A stretch of DNA of 63,943 nt, filler included, from Welwitschia mirabilis (Eukaryota), in NCBI GenBank assembly GCA_051453625.1. It is 5 parts of one record of this genome, joined end to end, with 100 filler letters (N's around TTAATTAATTAA, not from the genome) between each part and the next. Parts side by side here need not be neighbours in the genome. Positions count along the whole stretch, not along the records: positions 18,358 to 33,523 come from JBOZIK010000001.1; positions 33,624 to 55,504 come from JBOZIK010000001.1; 3 more parts are not named here. One strand, written 5' to 3'. Position 1 is the first letter of the stretch. Each line of letters starts with the position of its first letter. This document shows positions 26,540 through 39,545 of this stretch, in pieces. The position numbers and the translations under genes are program-made. The notes beneath the pieces were generated by a model that did not search any database, was not told the origin of the DNA, and saw only the letters and a list, made by a program, of their open reading frames with translations.

Positions 26540-29500
26540 GTGTTTTAAGCTATTAATGACTAGTTAATCTCTTCTTTTTAAGTTTTAAACTATTAAATTT
26601 TACTTAAGGAATTTACCTTTTCTAAACCCATTTTTCCATCTTTATTTTAGCTTTTCCAATTTTAGGTGCATCTGAAAGTAGCATAAAAGATCTCATCAGG
26701 TTTATCTTTTAAAATAATTAATATTCCCAAATTTTTCCATTATTAAAATTCAGAAAATATTTTAATATACCTTATATAAGTTAATTTATTTTAAGGAAAT
26801 CACTTTTACATCTTTATTTTATCTTTTATAAGTTCAGGGCCATATAAAAGATCTCATCAAGTTTGGCTTCTAAAAGAAGTGATGTTTCTAAAATTTCTAT
26901 TATTAAAAATTTTAAAAAGGTTTTAATGTCCCTTATATGAGTTAATTTATTTAAAGTAATCCACCTCTACTAAATTTACTTTCATATTTTTATTTTATAT
27001 TTTGCAAGTTCAAGCATGTTCAAAATTATCATAAAAGGGCTCATTATGTTTACCTTTTAGAAGAATTAATATTCCTAAGTTTTAATATTACTAAAGTTTG
27101 AAAAGATTTTAATATTCCTTACATAAGTTAATTTATTTAAACAAATCCACCTCTATTAAATCCATTTTTACATCTTTATTTAACTTTCATAAGTTTACGT
27201 GCATTTAAAAGTAGCACAAAAGAGCTCATCACATTTAGCTTTCAAAAGAAGTGATATTCCTAAATTATTATATTATTAAAATTTGGAAAAGATTTTAATA
27301 TTTCTTATATGTACGAATTTATTTTAAGAAATCCACCTCTAGTAAACCCACTTTTGCATCTTTAATTTATCTTTCACAAGTTTAGGTATATCTAAAAGTA
27401 GTACTTAAAGGACCTATAGGGCTAAGAAAGAGTTAAGAAGACAAAGGAAAAAGAGAGAAAAGAAGAAGAAGAAGGAGAATGGTAGAGAGAGAGAAGAATG
27501 AAGAAGGAAGAATAGTAGGGAAGAAAAAATTCAAAAGGCGGATACCTTTGTAACATGGCACAAAAGAGCTCATTAGGTTTAACTTTTAAAAGAAGTAATA
27601 TTTTCAAATTTTATTATAGATATATGTTTTTTAAAGATAAACATAACCTCTTAAAAAGATTTATTATAGATAAATAAATTTGAAAAACTACTAAACATGC
27701 CTAACATAAATCACAAGTGTTATTACTACAAACATTAAGATTTTCTGAAACATAAATTTTAAGCTATTTAAGCTATTACTAACTAATTAATCTCTTCTTT
27801 TCAAATTTTAGGCTATTAAAATTTATTCAAAAAAGATACCTCTAGTAAACCCTTTTTTTTAATTTTTATTTTATCCTTTCAAAGTTCAAATACATCCAAA
27901 TGTGGCATAAAATAGCTCATCAAGTTTGTCTTTTCAAGGAAGTCATATTCCAAATTTTCCTATTATAAAAATTTGAAAGATATCTTGATAGGCCTTATAT
28001 GAGTTAATTTATTTTAAGGAATCCATTTTAATTTAGTTTAAGGAATCCATCTCTACTAAAGCTACTTTTACATCTTTATTTTAGCTTTTGCAAGTTTATA
28101 CACATCTGAAAGTAGGACAAAAGAGCTTATTAGGTTTTTTAAAAGAAGTGATATTTCTAATTTTTTATATTATTAAAATTTTGAAAAATATTTTGATGGT
28201 CCTTATATGAGTTAATTTATTTAAAGTAATCCACTTCTATTAAATCCACCTTTGCATATTCGTTTTAACTTTCACAAGTTTAGGCATGTTCAAAACTAGC
28301 ACAAAAGAGCTCATTAGGTTTAGCTTTTAGAAGAAGTAATATTCCCAAATTTTCCTATTATTAAAGTTTAGAAAGATTTTATTATTCCTTATATAAGTTA
28401 ATTTATTTAAAATAGTTCTACTAGACCTATTTTCACACCTCTATCTTAGCTTTTGCAAGTTTAAACACATCTAAAAGTAGTATAAAAAAGCTCATCAAGT
28501 TTAGCTTTTAAAAGATATAATATTCCCAATTTTTTCTATTATTAAAATTTGAAAAAGATTTTAATATCCTTTTTTATTTTAAGGAATTCAACTCTACTAC
28601 ACCCACTTTCATATTTATTTTTTTAGCTTTCATAGGTTCAAGTGCATCCAAAATTAGTACTTAAAGGGCCTACAGGATTAAGAAATAGTTGAAGGATAGA
28701 ACAAGAAAGAGATAAAAGAAAAAGGAGAAGAATGACACAGAGAGAAGAATAGATGAGAAATAATGGTAAAGAATAAAGAATTTGAGGAAGGTTGGCGGGG
28801 GGAGTGAAGGTGAGAAGAGGGGTCAAATAACATGATGGAAGGCATTGAGAACTTAAAGATAACAAGAGGAAAAAGGAGGAGGAGGAGGAGGACGGCTCCT
28901 TAACTCAATCAAATACCTTTTTAAAGAAATACTCTTGAAATTTGAAATAAAATTGCTTATTAGGTTTATGTTTTAAAAAAGGTTATATTTCTAAATTTTT
29001 ATTTTATTTTAGATATATTTTTTTTTAAATATAAACATAAACTCTTAAAAATATTTATTATAGACAAAGAAATTTGGAAAATTGATAAATATGATAACAC
29101 AAATCATAAGTATTATTACTGTAAACTTTAAAAATTTTAATTTTTACTTTCTTATCCTTTATTTACAAAGTTAGATAACTTTGAAATTTATACATATAAG
29201 CTAAAAAAATAAAGTCAATCTTAATGACCACATTTTAACTTTTTTAAAAATCATCTATAGGAAGAACATTGTTTTATAGAAATGCAAGAAAATAAATGGA
29301 CTAAAAATGTATTAGAAACTAAATATTTATATAGAATAAAGCTTAAATAATTTTCCAATACTAAAAAGTGAAAAAAAAATAATTGAATCTATCATTTTAT
29401 CTCTATAACCTCTATAGAAATTGAACAATAAAGAAAAATGTTTTATAGAAAATACACCATAATAAATAAACTAAAATGTAGTAAAAACTTATTATTTTTG

Positions 29501-30130
29501 TATAAAACTAATCCCAAATGAATCAATAATAATAAATAAAGAAAATAGATCTATGTATATCATTTTCATATCTACAACTTTTATCAAAAAATGAAGAAAA
29601 ATATTTTTAGAAATGTAAACCTTAAGAGGAAGCAAAATAAAGGAAGAATAATAAGAAAAGAAAGGGGTTTTAATCTTGTAACTCATTCTTTTAGAATCCT
29701 ATAGATAGGACTAAAATAAAATAATAACTTACAAGTCAAAAATAAAATCTATAGTAAAACTTTTACTTTATAAAAAGGAAAAATATTTTGAATATGAAAA
29801 CCCTACTCCTATAACTTATTTTCTTCTATTTCTATAATACTCCTATATATATGCCTAAGCCCACACCTATACCTACAATGAAAACCCAACAATACCAATC
29901 TCAATCCCTTTGTATACCTTTAAAATTAAAATTACAGCACTTTTCAAAGTAGCACTTAAAGGACCTGCAAGGTTAAGAAAGGATTAAGTGAGAGAAGAAG
30001 AAAGAGAGAGAAGAAGAAGAAGAAGAATGGAGGATGAAGAATGATAGAGAAGAAAGGAATTTAAAAGAGGGATAAATAACTCAATAAGGGGCATCCAGAA
30101 CTTAAAAACAAAAGGAAGGAAGAGTTAAAA
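26540..30130. repeat. Degenerate ~185-bp tandem array with ~1.2-1.4-kb higher-order duplication and GA-rich spacers
   Basis: The anchor aaaaga(g/t)ctcat(c/t)a(g/a)gttt recurs near 26686, 26846, 27033, 27218, 27561, 27908, 28120, 28303 and 28485. The motif tacttaaaggacct followed by a GA-rich tract occurs at ~27400, ~28660 and ~29955. 26543-26630 matches 27767-27853, and 27600-27740 matches 28985-29130. Confidence 0.9.
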
Positions 30131-31779
30131 AATGGCTCTTAAGTTACCTCAACTACATTTTTAAAGGGAGACTATTAAAAACACATTAGCCCATCTATTT
30201 AAAATATTTAATTTGAGTTTTTTATTAAGATTTAAACTTTGACCTATTATTTAATAATACCACTAATACACCAATAAGCTATACCTTTTAGTTATTTATA
30301 TATTTTTCTTTTATTTTTTATTACTTCACTTAATACTACTTTAAAAAAAAAGGAAATATATTAAAACTACATACATACTTAGAAAGATTCTTAGCAAGTA
30401 CAAAGAAAAACAGAATCACTATTTTAATAATCAAAAATTGTAAGCATAGTTTTACGAGAAGATAAAATTTTTATAATGTTTCACAAGTACATAGCGCTCA
30501 ATATTTTGGTTGAAAAAAATGTATATCATGTCATATAAAGTAGTAGATATTTAACAAAATCATATTTCTAGGCCTTAATTTTAAAAGGTAGGATAAGCAT
30601 TACTTATTAATGAACAACTTCCTTTAGAGCTCCTAATACTATGAATAAAAATTTCAGATGAGTACTGTGCACAACATAGTTTCTAGTATGGTCCAAGGTA
30701 AGGGCGAAGGGTTTCAAGAAGGTCTAAAAGTTTCCAAATAAAACTAAGAGAAAGATAACTCATCCTTTTTAGGCTTAAAAGTATTTTATTTTAATTATCT
30801 TTAACTGTATATTTAGTAAAATTTAAATTTTTAGCAACATAGTTGTGCCTTAACTATGAGGAATTTATGTTATATTTTATGCATTTTTCCTTAATCTTTT
30901 TAGTAGTTTGCTTGCATAACTATGGATTCCCAATAGAGGTTTTCTCCTATGAAGTTTGAACAATTGTTTTCCCTAGTTAGATTTTAAATTTTTCTATTTA
31001 ATAAGTAAAGCTTAAACATCAACTTTACTTTAGGACTTAAGAAATGTTTCTCTAAGAATTTGAAAATTGAGATACCTAAGGTATTTTTTAAAATTTTTAG
31101 TCTAAAATTAATAAATAGATGCTGTAAAATACTCAAAACTTCTCAATAGGGTTTAATTTAATGGGTAATAAAAGTAAAAAACAAATAAGACAAGTTTTTA
31201 AGTAAAACAACCAACTAAAACTAGTAAATTTTGAAGAAACCAATACAAATTTTCCAAAAACAAAATCATAATAGAGTAATAAGAATTAAAAATAAACATA
31301 ATAAAAGAATAAGATCTTGAATCATACTTAAATCGTATACAAAACAAGCAAATTCTCAAGTTTTAATCTTTCTTATTAATTCACACAGTCCAAGAGCTAA
31401 AGAATTCCTTTGAGAAAAAGAGACAAATACTTAAAGTTTATAATTTTTATAAAGGAATGGGTAATGAGGTATCACTTAGGTAAAAATCCACTTGACTTTT
31501 CTCAATCCTCTCTTTCTCATACTTGGCCATTGGATAAAAGAAAGTTGAAAATTTCTTAAGTTAAAAGAAAGTAACTTTTAATTTAAATTAAAATTTTTCA
31601 ACTTAGTAATTTTTTAAGAAAATAAATTCACATAGAAAATAGCTATAAGGTCATCTTCATTAACCTTATTTTCTACAATAATTTTAACTAAATAAAAATT
31701 TTATTTGTCCTTGAAAAGTATGGATATGATAATTCTCTTCTACTTAAGAAGTTTACTCCTAAAAGCTTGAAGAAATTTT

Positions 31780-33030
31780 AGGTTTTCACTGTAAAATACC
31801 TATTTTAGATACCCAAGTAGCTTCTTCTTTAGTTTTATATAATCATTAAACTTTATACAACTAAAGGTATCTTCTTCTAAGTTTAACTTACTTTTTATAC
31901 AATATTCTAACTGGCTAAAACTTAAACATAAAATTATGTTGAATATTTACTTTTGATATAAGAAATATTTTTATCATATTAGACATGCATTTTATTAATA
32001 ATAAGACATGAAAGAAATTATGAAGTCTAATAATTGTGGTAATAGTACTAGTTGATAAGTCATAAGACCAATTCTTTTTTATTATTTAATATGGTCCTAT
32101 GAGTGTTGGTGTGAATTTTTCCTTCTCACCAAAATAAAATATGCTTTTTAATAAATGTATCTTAAGGAAAACATGATTTTCTTCTTAAAATTATACATGC
32201 CTTATTTCTTATTTGAATATTTAGGCTACCTATATTTTACTTTCTATAGCCTTTACTTAATTAGACTAACCTTTTTTTAATCATTATTCTTGCACAGATG
32301 AAATTTTTAATAGCTTTTTATTAGCTACATCAAGTTAATATATCAGTGTCTACAAACTCTTCTATAGAGAGCTTCAAATGCTACATATCCAGTGAATTCT
32401 TAGTAACTATTATTATAAGCAAACTTAATTAAGACTTGATAATCTATTAAAAACCAACAAATATAATATTATTGCTCTTAACAAGTTTTGCAAAATTTAA
32501 CTAGATTACTGCTTTGTTCTATCAGTTTAAGCATGAAAGGGTATACTTAAGTTTAATTTATAAAACCTTAATGTAGACTTACTATCCCTCTCTAAAAAAA
32601 TTACTTTTGGAATTTATGTAGGTTTACTATGTTTATTATGTATTTATTTATAATTCTTTTAGCTAAAAATGTAGTTTTGATTGAATAAAAGTGTGCACCT
32701 TTTGTTAAGAGATAAACTACCACTGTCATAGCCTCAAATCCTTCCTTTATTTTAGATAAGCTATAGTAAAATACATTCCAATAGTCTTCCATTTCCATTT
32801 TAGTACTTCATGAGGATATAATGTTTAATAGGATGCATATGCTCTATTTTAACTAGATGACAAATCATATATTTTATCACATGATTGGATACTTCTGAAT
32901 TCATTCTTGACTATCAATAATATTACTTAATATTTTTACACATTTTATTAACTCCTAGGTAAATAAAATACTTGGCCATATGAAATTCATCAAAAATTGT
33001 CTTCATGATATGCTCAATATTATGTCATGT
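31780..33030 (-). mobile_element. Decayed Tekay/Del chromovirus integrase with chromodomain
   Basis: HHCC-region remnant at ~32830-32985. ORF 32601-32798 VVVYLLTKGAHFYSIKTT..YIINIVNLH matches VIVDRLTKSAHF.PVKTT..YI.EIVRLH. LHNFFHVLLL at ~32000-32025 and chromodomain EEATW at ~31812-31828. Confidence 0.88.
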
Positions 33031-33523
33031 CCAGACTTTTAAGGTTCAAATATTTACCTTAAAAATTTAATTTAAACTATTTTATTGTTATAGGATTGAT
33101 GGGTGGCTTATATGATAAAATAAATGTAGAAGATATCATAAAACAAGGCCAGAAACTATATAATACTTCTAGAAAAATGTAGAAACTATGCTACTACTAA
33201 CTTGAAATAAGCATACATCATTAAATAAAAATATATAAAAGGCTTACTAAAGAACTAGTTGAGACTTAATCATTTAATTTAAAATTCATCATCACAATAA
33301 CCTTACAATGAAGTTACTTAAACTAGTTATGTTATTTACTTAAACTTTATTACTAAGTACATATAATACACCAAGGAGGAATACAAAAAGAAATGAAACA
33401 CAACTGCAATTAACAAACTACTGAGCAATACTTATTTATAAGTACTAAAATTATTCTTATTTATGATCAGTGTTGCGGTGTGTATTTGTGCAATAGTTCA
33501 CATTCAAATTCAATCCTGTTAAT

Positions 33524-33623
33524 NNNNNNNNNNNNNNNNNNNNNNNNNNNNNNNNNNNNNNNNNNNNTTAATTAATTAANNNNNNNNNNNNNNNNNNNNN
33601 NNNNNNNNNNNNNNNNNNNNNNN
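33524..33623. other. Artificial scaffold-joining spacer
   Basis: 44 N + TTAATTAATTAA (33568-33579) + 44 N. Confidence 0.95.
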
Positions 33624-33849
33624 TGAGCATTTATCTGTTAGTTTATCTGCAAAACAACTTAAAATATCCTATCAAATACACTTAAGTTGGCAGCGCAACA
33701 ATCAGCTATACAAACAAGAGTAAGATTGAAATAATATTACTTTTTCAAGTAATAAAGTAGGCACACAATGATACTTAAATGATTTTCAGCTTTATATTAA
33801 AATATCAATTATTACATAAAGATGAGTTGACAAATAGTATTCTTCTTTG

Positions 33850-36800
33850 TAGGTAATACTATGGAATGTGAGAAAATGCTACTGACACCTTTGTAGGGTA
33901 GCTAGAGTTCTCTAGCTTAACCTTCTTGCCTTATCTATTCCTAGAACATTTTTTTCAAAAAGATCCCTATCTTTGGTGTGATCATCTTTTTATACCCTTA
34001 TTAGTTTTTTTGTTTTTATTCTTTACTCCTAAGGAATAGGTACATGATTAGAGTTGTTATGCTAATTTGCTATCTCAACCTTTCCTCTTGTCTTCATGCT
34101 ATTTGGCATCTTGTACCTAAAACATAAAAATGAAATACATACATACTAGCCTACTGACACACTAACTAATCAAACTATTAATAGGTAAGTATAAAAAAAT
34201 TTGAAAACATCTATTTGGTAATGGAATATATAATTGATATAAGGGAAAAACACTTTATTAAATAGAATTTACAGAAAATTCATTCTTATCAATTCCCCCA
34301 AGATCAAATTTTTGTTAGTCCCTTAACAAACAAAATATTTACAAGAGATAAATAAAATGGATAACCTTATTATTTTCCTTTCCTTCTTTTGAATGGATGC
34401 TTCTTATTGGATTTTGACTCATTTCTTTTTCTAGTTGGCTAGGTAGACTATTTTACTTTTTCCAAAATGTCTAAACAATTTTTTTCATTCCTCCTAAAGA
34501 GGATGATCACGTAAATCTATTAACTCTATTTCTAACTACTCTAGAGATTTTTTTCTGCCCTAGCCTAATGCCTCATGGAGGAGCTCTTGACTTGGGTGGT
34601 TCTTCTCTTGTTCTCTTGGGAGCTAAAGGAGCTTTTGTCTTAGGACTTTGAAGTGTGTATTTTATTTTTGGAGTTGTTCTAATTTATGATTTTGATCTTG
34701 AGGTTTGCTTAGAAGAACTATAAAAATCACATATGTGTCTTTATTTTCTAACTTTGAAAAAATATTTGCAAATGTGCCTCTTAGCATAGTCATGTTCTAA
34801 ATAATTTGATCCTTAAGGAAACCTAATTACTGAAAATCTTGAGAGGACACTACAAAAACTTTAACATCTGATTTACATTCCTCCAAAATTCTATAAAATT
34901 TTATCACAATATCATTCAAGAAATTTTTAAATTCTCTTATGGAAATTTCCATTCCCTTCTACCCAATTTCAATTCACAATGCTCTAATATCTCTTTTAAA
35001 ATTATCAAAAATGCACATTAGCTTTGATCAACCTGTAGAAGTTTTTTGAATAATGATTTCTAAATGTTCTTCAAACCTGTCAATAAAATTATATAACTTC
35101 GAGGGGTAATAGTTAATATTGCGTAGCATAGCTAGTTCCTCCTACTCAAACCTAATTTTCTTATTCAACTTTATTTCTATGAGGCAAAGCTTATGGAGCA
35201 ATCTCTTGTTATCCTTTTCCAAATTCTAAATAATAATTTGGATAGACTTAGGGCTTATTAATCTAAAATACTTCTTTAATGTTACCTGATATTCTCTTAG
35301 AGTATCCATAATACTCAATTTTATTTTATCCTTCATCTCACAAGATAGAGTTAAAAAAAGTTAAAGAGGAGCCATAAATTGAACTCATTGCTTTTTTAGT
35401 TTTCTTCTTTATTGTTGAAGAAAACTCTTTTATTGAAGAATCAAGTGAAGGCTAACTAGAGGTGCTTGATTCTTTCATCTGATTCTTGAAATCCTTATTT
35501 TTTTCTATTAATTGATTCATGACTCTCCTATTTGCTCCTAAGAGGAATTGATAGTATCCTAAAGAACCTTGGACTTCATGCCATTTTTGCCTATACTCCT
35601 AGGCCTTTACATGAATTTTCATAAATTTTTTATTCATTCCTTATAGATTTGCATACATTTTATCTAAGAATTCCCTGTTTAGGGGTATAGGCCTTTTATT
35701 GTGCATAAAAGTGATAATTTTTTGTTGATGCTCAATATATTCAACATCATACTTTTTACTTGAAGTCAAATTATATAATAGGAATACTAGCCTATCTAGC
35801 CTTTCTCTTGAAAAATTTTCCATCTCTTATTTGTCTTCGATAGCTGAGTCTACTTTAGTAATATGTTCATAAGTCCTTTGTAATTTCTTTCTTACTTCTT
35901 TGAAAGATTCAGAGAGCTAAATATCTTTTTCTTTGTTGATGATCTCTCGATGTAGCTATTCATTATTCTCTCTTTCTTAATCCAATTTCTGTTTCAAGAG
36001 TTTATTTTCAACTCTTAGATCATCACCTTGATCTTGATGCTAAAACTTCATCTTTATTACCTAAAAAAACTTGAATTTCATCTTTAACTAAATTCAAAGC
36101 ACTAAGAGTATATCCAATTTATCTTCCTCTAGTGCCTTAGAGAATTAAACATCCTGAATGGGTGGGAAGGTAAAAGCTCTAAAAATGTGAACTGGGTTGG
36201 ATCCTATGGCATACTTAAGAAAGGTAGCAGTGAAGGTAAACTTTGGAAAGTAGAAGAAGATTCCCTAGATTTGGCTGGGATATCTTGTGTCCTAAAGTTT
36301 TTAGAAGACTTGGCTCTTTAATCCCAAATAAACTTTGAATATAAACCTCGATACAAGAATTATTAAATTGAAATGAAACTTTATTTTTACTTAGAATTCA
36401 AGAAATTAAAGAAGGAAACCCAAGTCCTACTACTCCTGAAACTCCAATTCTGACCTTATTTAATTTGATATTATGCCTTGCCAACCTAAAAGGCTTCCTT
36501 CTACAATATTGATGTTAGTGGAGTTCATCCTATATTTTATTGTTTATATCATACATATACTAGGTAATGTTCTATCCTTTTGTTTATGTAGAATGAACAC
36601 CAAATTATTGGCCACAATTCTAGAAACAATGAAGAATTTCAGCTCTGTGTCTTATTTAATTAGAATTCCTCCCTAGACTATCATCCATCCCTGGAAACTC
36701 ATACTTAGGTTTGTATCTTCTTTTCTATTGGTGTTATCTATAGGTTTTTCTCTGGGTGACAAGTGTAAAATTTCTCTTATATCTTTTTAATTAATTATTA

Positions 36801-37010
36801 TCTACGAGTTTTCTATAGTGGTTTCCAATATGGAGTTAACGTCGTTGATTCTTAAATTTTTATAAAATTTATATACAGATTCTAAAGAGATTTTTTTTTC
36901 ATGGTAAATTACTCATACCATGATAGCTTGATAAGTCTTTATTTAAATTCTATTAAGTAGGGTCTAAAAGAACTTGAGCAAAATTCCATGTTGAAATGAC
37001 CCTACATTCT
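33850..37010 (-). mobile_element. Athila-like 3' region: env-like ORF remnant, PPT and start of 3' LTR
   Basis: ISLESVYKFYKNLRINDVNSILETTIENS*IIIN*KDIREILHL (~36760-36895) resembles env-like/Transposase_32 motifs. The minus strand reads gggactaacaaaaatttgatcttGGGGGAAT-TGATAAG at ~34322-34285, the typical Athila PPT/LTR junction. Confidence 0.6.
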
Positions 37011-37964
37011 AGAAAAATTTGTACTAGAGTAGAAGCTAAACAGGGACAAATGTGTATATAAAATAGAAATCCTTGCAAATCTTATAACAAAAGATCTTTA
37101 GAAATAGATTATTAAGTAAAATTTTCTTTATAAAACATTATTTAGTTATAAGTGAAAGCATTTCATGAATTGAATTCATTTAACTCCTCCTCCTAAGTGA
37201 AGTTTAACATGCTTCTAAATGTTTAAAGCAGAGTATTAGTTATATCTAAAATTTTTCTCAAAGATATTCCACCATTGTCAAGAAGCTTGAAAATAAGAAA
37301 ATAGCTAACATGATAAAGTAAAAATGCAGGGTAAAAGTGAAAATTAGCAATTTATTTCTTGCTTTAAATAGACAAATCTTGTACTTACTATTGTATTTAA
37401 TTCACATGATTAAGTAATAAATAAAAAATCTTACTATAAAGAAAATAGTTATAACTAGAAATTTTCATACTTTACTAATGTTGAAAAAATTTTGATGTAT
37501 ATTTTGCACAGTAAAAATTCAAAAATTTTGGTGAGTTGGATCTAACATCATAGAACATGGTTAATATGATGTGAAGTTGAATTTGTAATGAGGATCATTA
37601 GGAATGGAGAGAAAACATTGAGAATGATGTTAAGTGGGAAGATTAGGTAATCGAAAGACATATTTAAATGGTAGTCACTCTCCACAGCAATGGATTTAAT
37701 AAGGATTATTGAGGACTTATAAGTTCTTGATGGGAACTATCAAATCCATTATGGAGCAATTGAAGAAGTTTGAAGATGGTCATTGAGGAATCACAAGTTA
37801 TTGATGGTTTTCTCTAAATTTCTACTATCATTATGATGAAGGCAGGTGTAAATAAAATGATAGAATATTGTGCTAGAGTTATAGAGAGAAGTTAAGAAGG
37901 AGTCATCAAAAATGAGACCTTCCTCTCTGAAAAGCAAATCGAAAGAATTAAAGGTAGCATGAAA

Positions 37965-38345
37965 TTCAGTCCAAAGCTTTAGATTTGATCTAGTGTCAGT
38001 TAACTTTTAGACTTGTGAGCCAAGGGTCTATCTTGAAATCTAATTAGAAGTTTCAACTTCAGATCAGCTTTAGTCAATTAGGTGATTCTTTTCTCTTAAT
38101 CACAGGATAAGGAAATATTTGGACTACTTAAAGTCCAATTCAAAGTCTCGACTTTGAGTTGGTATTAGTTAATCTTTAGATAGTTATTTGAATTCAGTTT
38201 TGGAGTAAGGAAGATGAATAATTTGGATTAAAATCCAATTGAAAGTTTGATTTGATTTGGTGTTAGCCAAAGAATTTAAGCTTTAAATGACTCATTTGAA
38301 ATCTAATCCAAAGTTTCAGTCTTAGGTTGGTGTCAATTAACTAAG
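37965..38345. repeat. Degenerate recurring ~35-bp motif
   Basis: Variants of tccaa(ttc)aaagtctcgactttgagttggtgtcagttaa near 37970, 38045, 38135, 38235 and 38305, with another near 38615. Confidence 0.65.
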
Positions 38346-39179
38346 TGATTTTACTTCTTCTAATGATTTCAAGGTTTGATTTGAAATAAAATCTTATTGG
38401 AAAAAAATACAATTAATGTTTCTTCTTTATATTTTCTTGAAAAATCAAATGAAATCTTTTCTTAAGCTATTAAATATGTTTTACAAATTTTCTCTTAATT
38501 AAAAGACATTTTTCAAGCTTGTGGTAAATGTTTGATGATATGGTTTATAACCCTAGGATTCAATATATCCCTGTATTGGCATATAGCTCAAAAAATAGAA
38601 GCTAATCATAAATCAATCTAAAGTTTCGACTTTAGGTTGAATCTTGGTTAGTTTGAGATTCCTTAAGCTAAGACCTACTTAAAGATCTATGCTGATACTT
38701 GGCATACTTCTAATGTTTGGTAAAACAGGTATATCACTTCTATCAAATATTTCACTTTAAAAACAAACATGTGTACACTAGGTAACTTAGTTGAATTATA
38801 CTTGTGAGATAAGAGAATAATATTTGTGCTATAAATTGTATTTCCTTTACACTAATCATTCACCACTTTTCATATAAGCTTGAGAATTTCCTTGTTTAGT
38901 TACATTCTATTTTATTTTGTCTTCTTTCATCCTTTATTATCCATGGCTTACACTTATCCTTCTTCATCTATCTCTACCTTTGACATCAAGAAGATAAAGC
39001 ATTATTTATTTTTATTAGGTTCTACACATATAGATATGTACACCAGCACTATAAATCCTCAATTACATCAAGTCTCTATCATGTCTAGGAATGCACTTCA
39101 ATAATTTTCTTACTATATTGACAAATCANNNNNNNNNNNNNNNNNNNGAGGTTTTAGATGTTACTACAAGAAATATAAG

Positions 39180-39545
39180 TTTTTAAGACACTTGTAAAAT
39201 GCCTTAAAATCTTTTAAGTTGTTTCTTTACAAAATTCCTTAAACATGCTTACCTTAAAATCCTATTGGATTTTAAGGCATTTTTAAGGAATTTTAATAAA
39301 AACACATTAAAAATTCTTTGAAGGTGTTTTTCCAACAAATGCCTTAAAATGTATTTTAAGGCTTTTTTTCAACAAACATCTTAAAAGCCTTAATAAGTCT
39401 TTAAAGATATTTTACTTAAAAAATACCTTAAAAGGATCTTAAAACGTTTTAATTGAATAATTCCTTAAAATGCCTTTGTCATTTTAATTTAAAAAATGCT
39501 TTAAAAGGCTTCTAAGCTATCTTTTATTTTAAGGCATTTTAATTA
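39180..39545. repeat. CACTA left subterminal repeats in direct and inverted orientation
   Basis: Many aaatgccttaaaa and ttttaaggcattt variants. Confidence 0.85.

Noticed and set aside
27422-28865. Leu/Ser/Phe-rich minus-strand ORFs (27422-27607 and 28638-28865)
   Set aside because: They are translations of low-complexity GA tracts in the tandem array.
37965-38345. CRISPR-like array
   Set aside because: Irregular spacing and highly degenerate repeats fit TE-internal repeats better.
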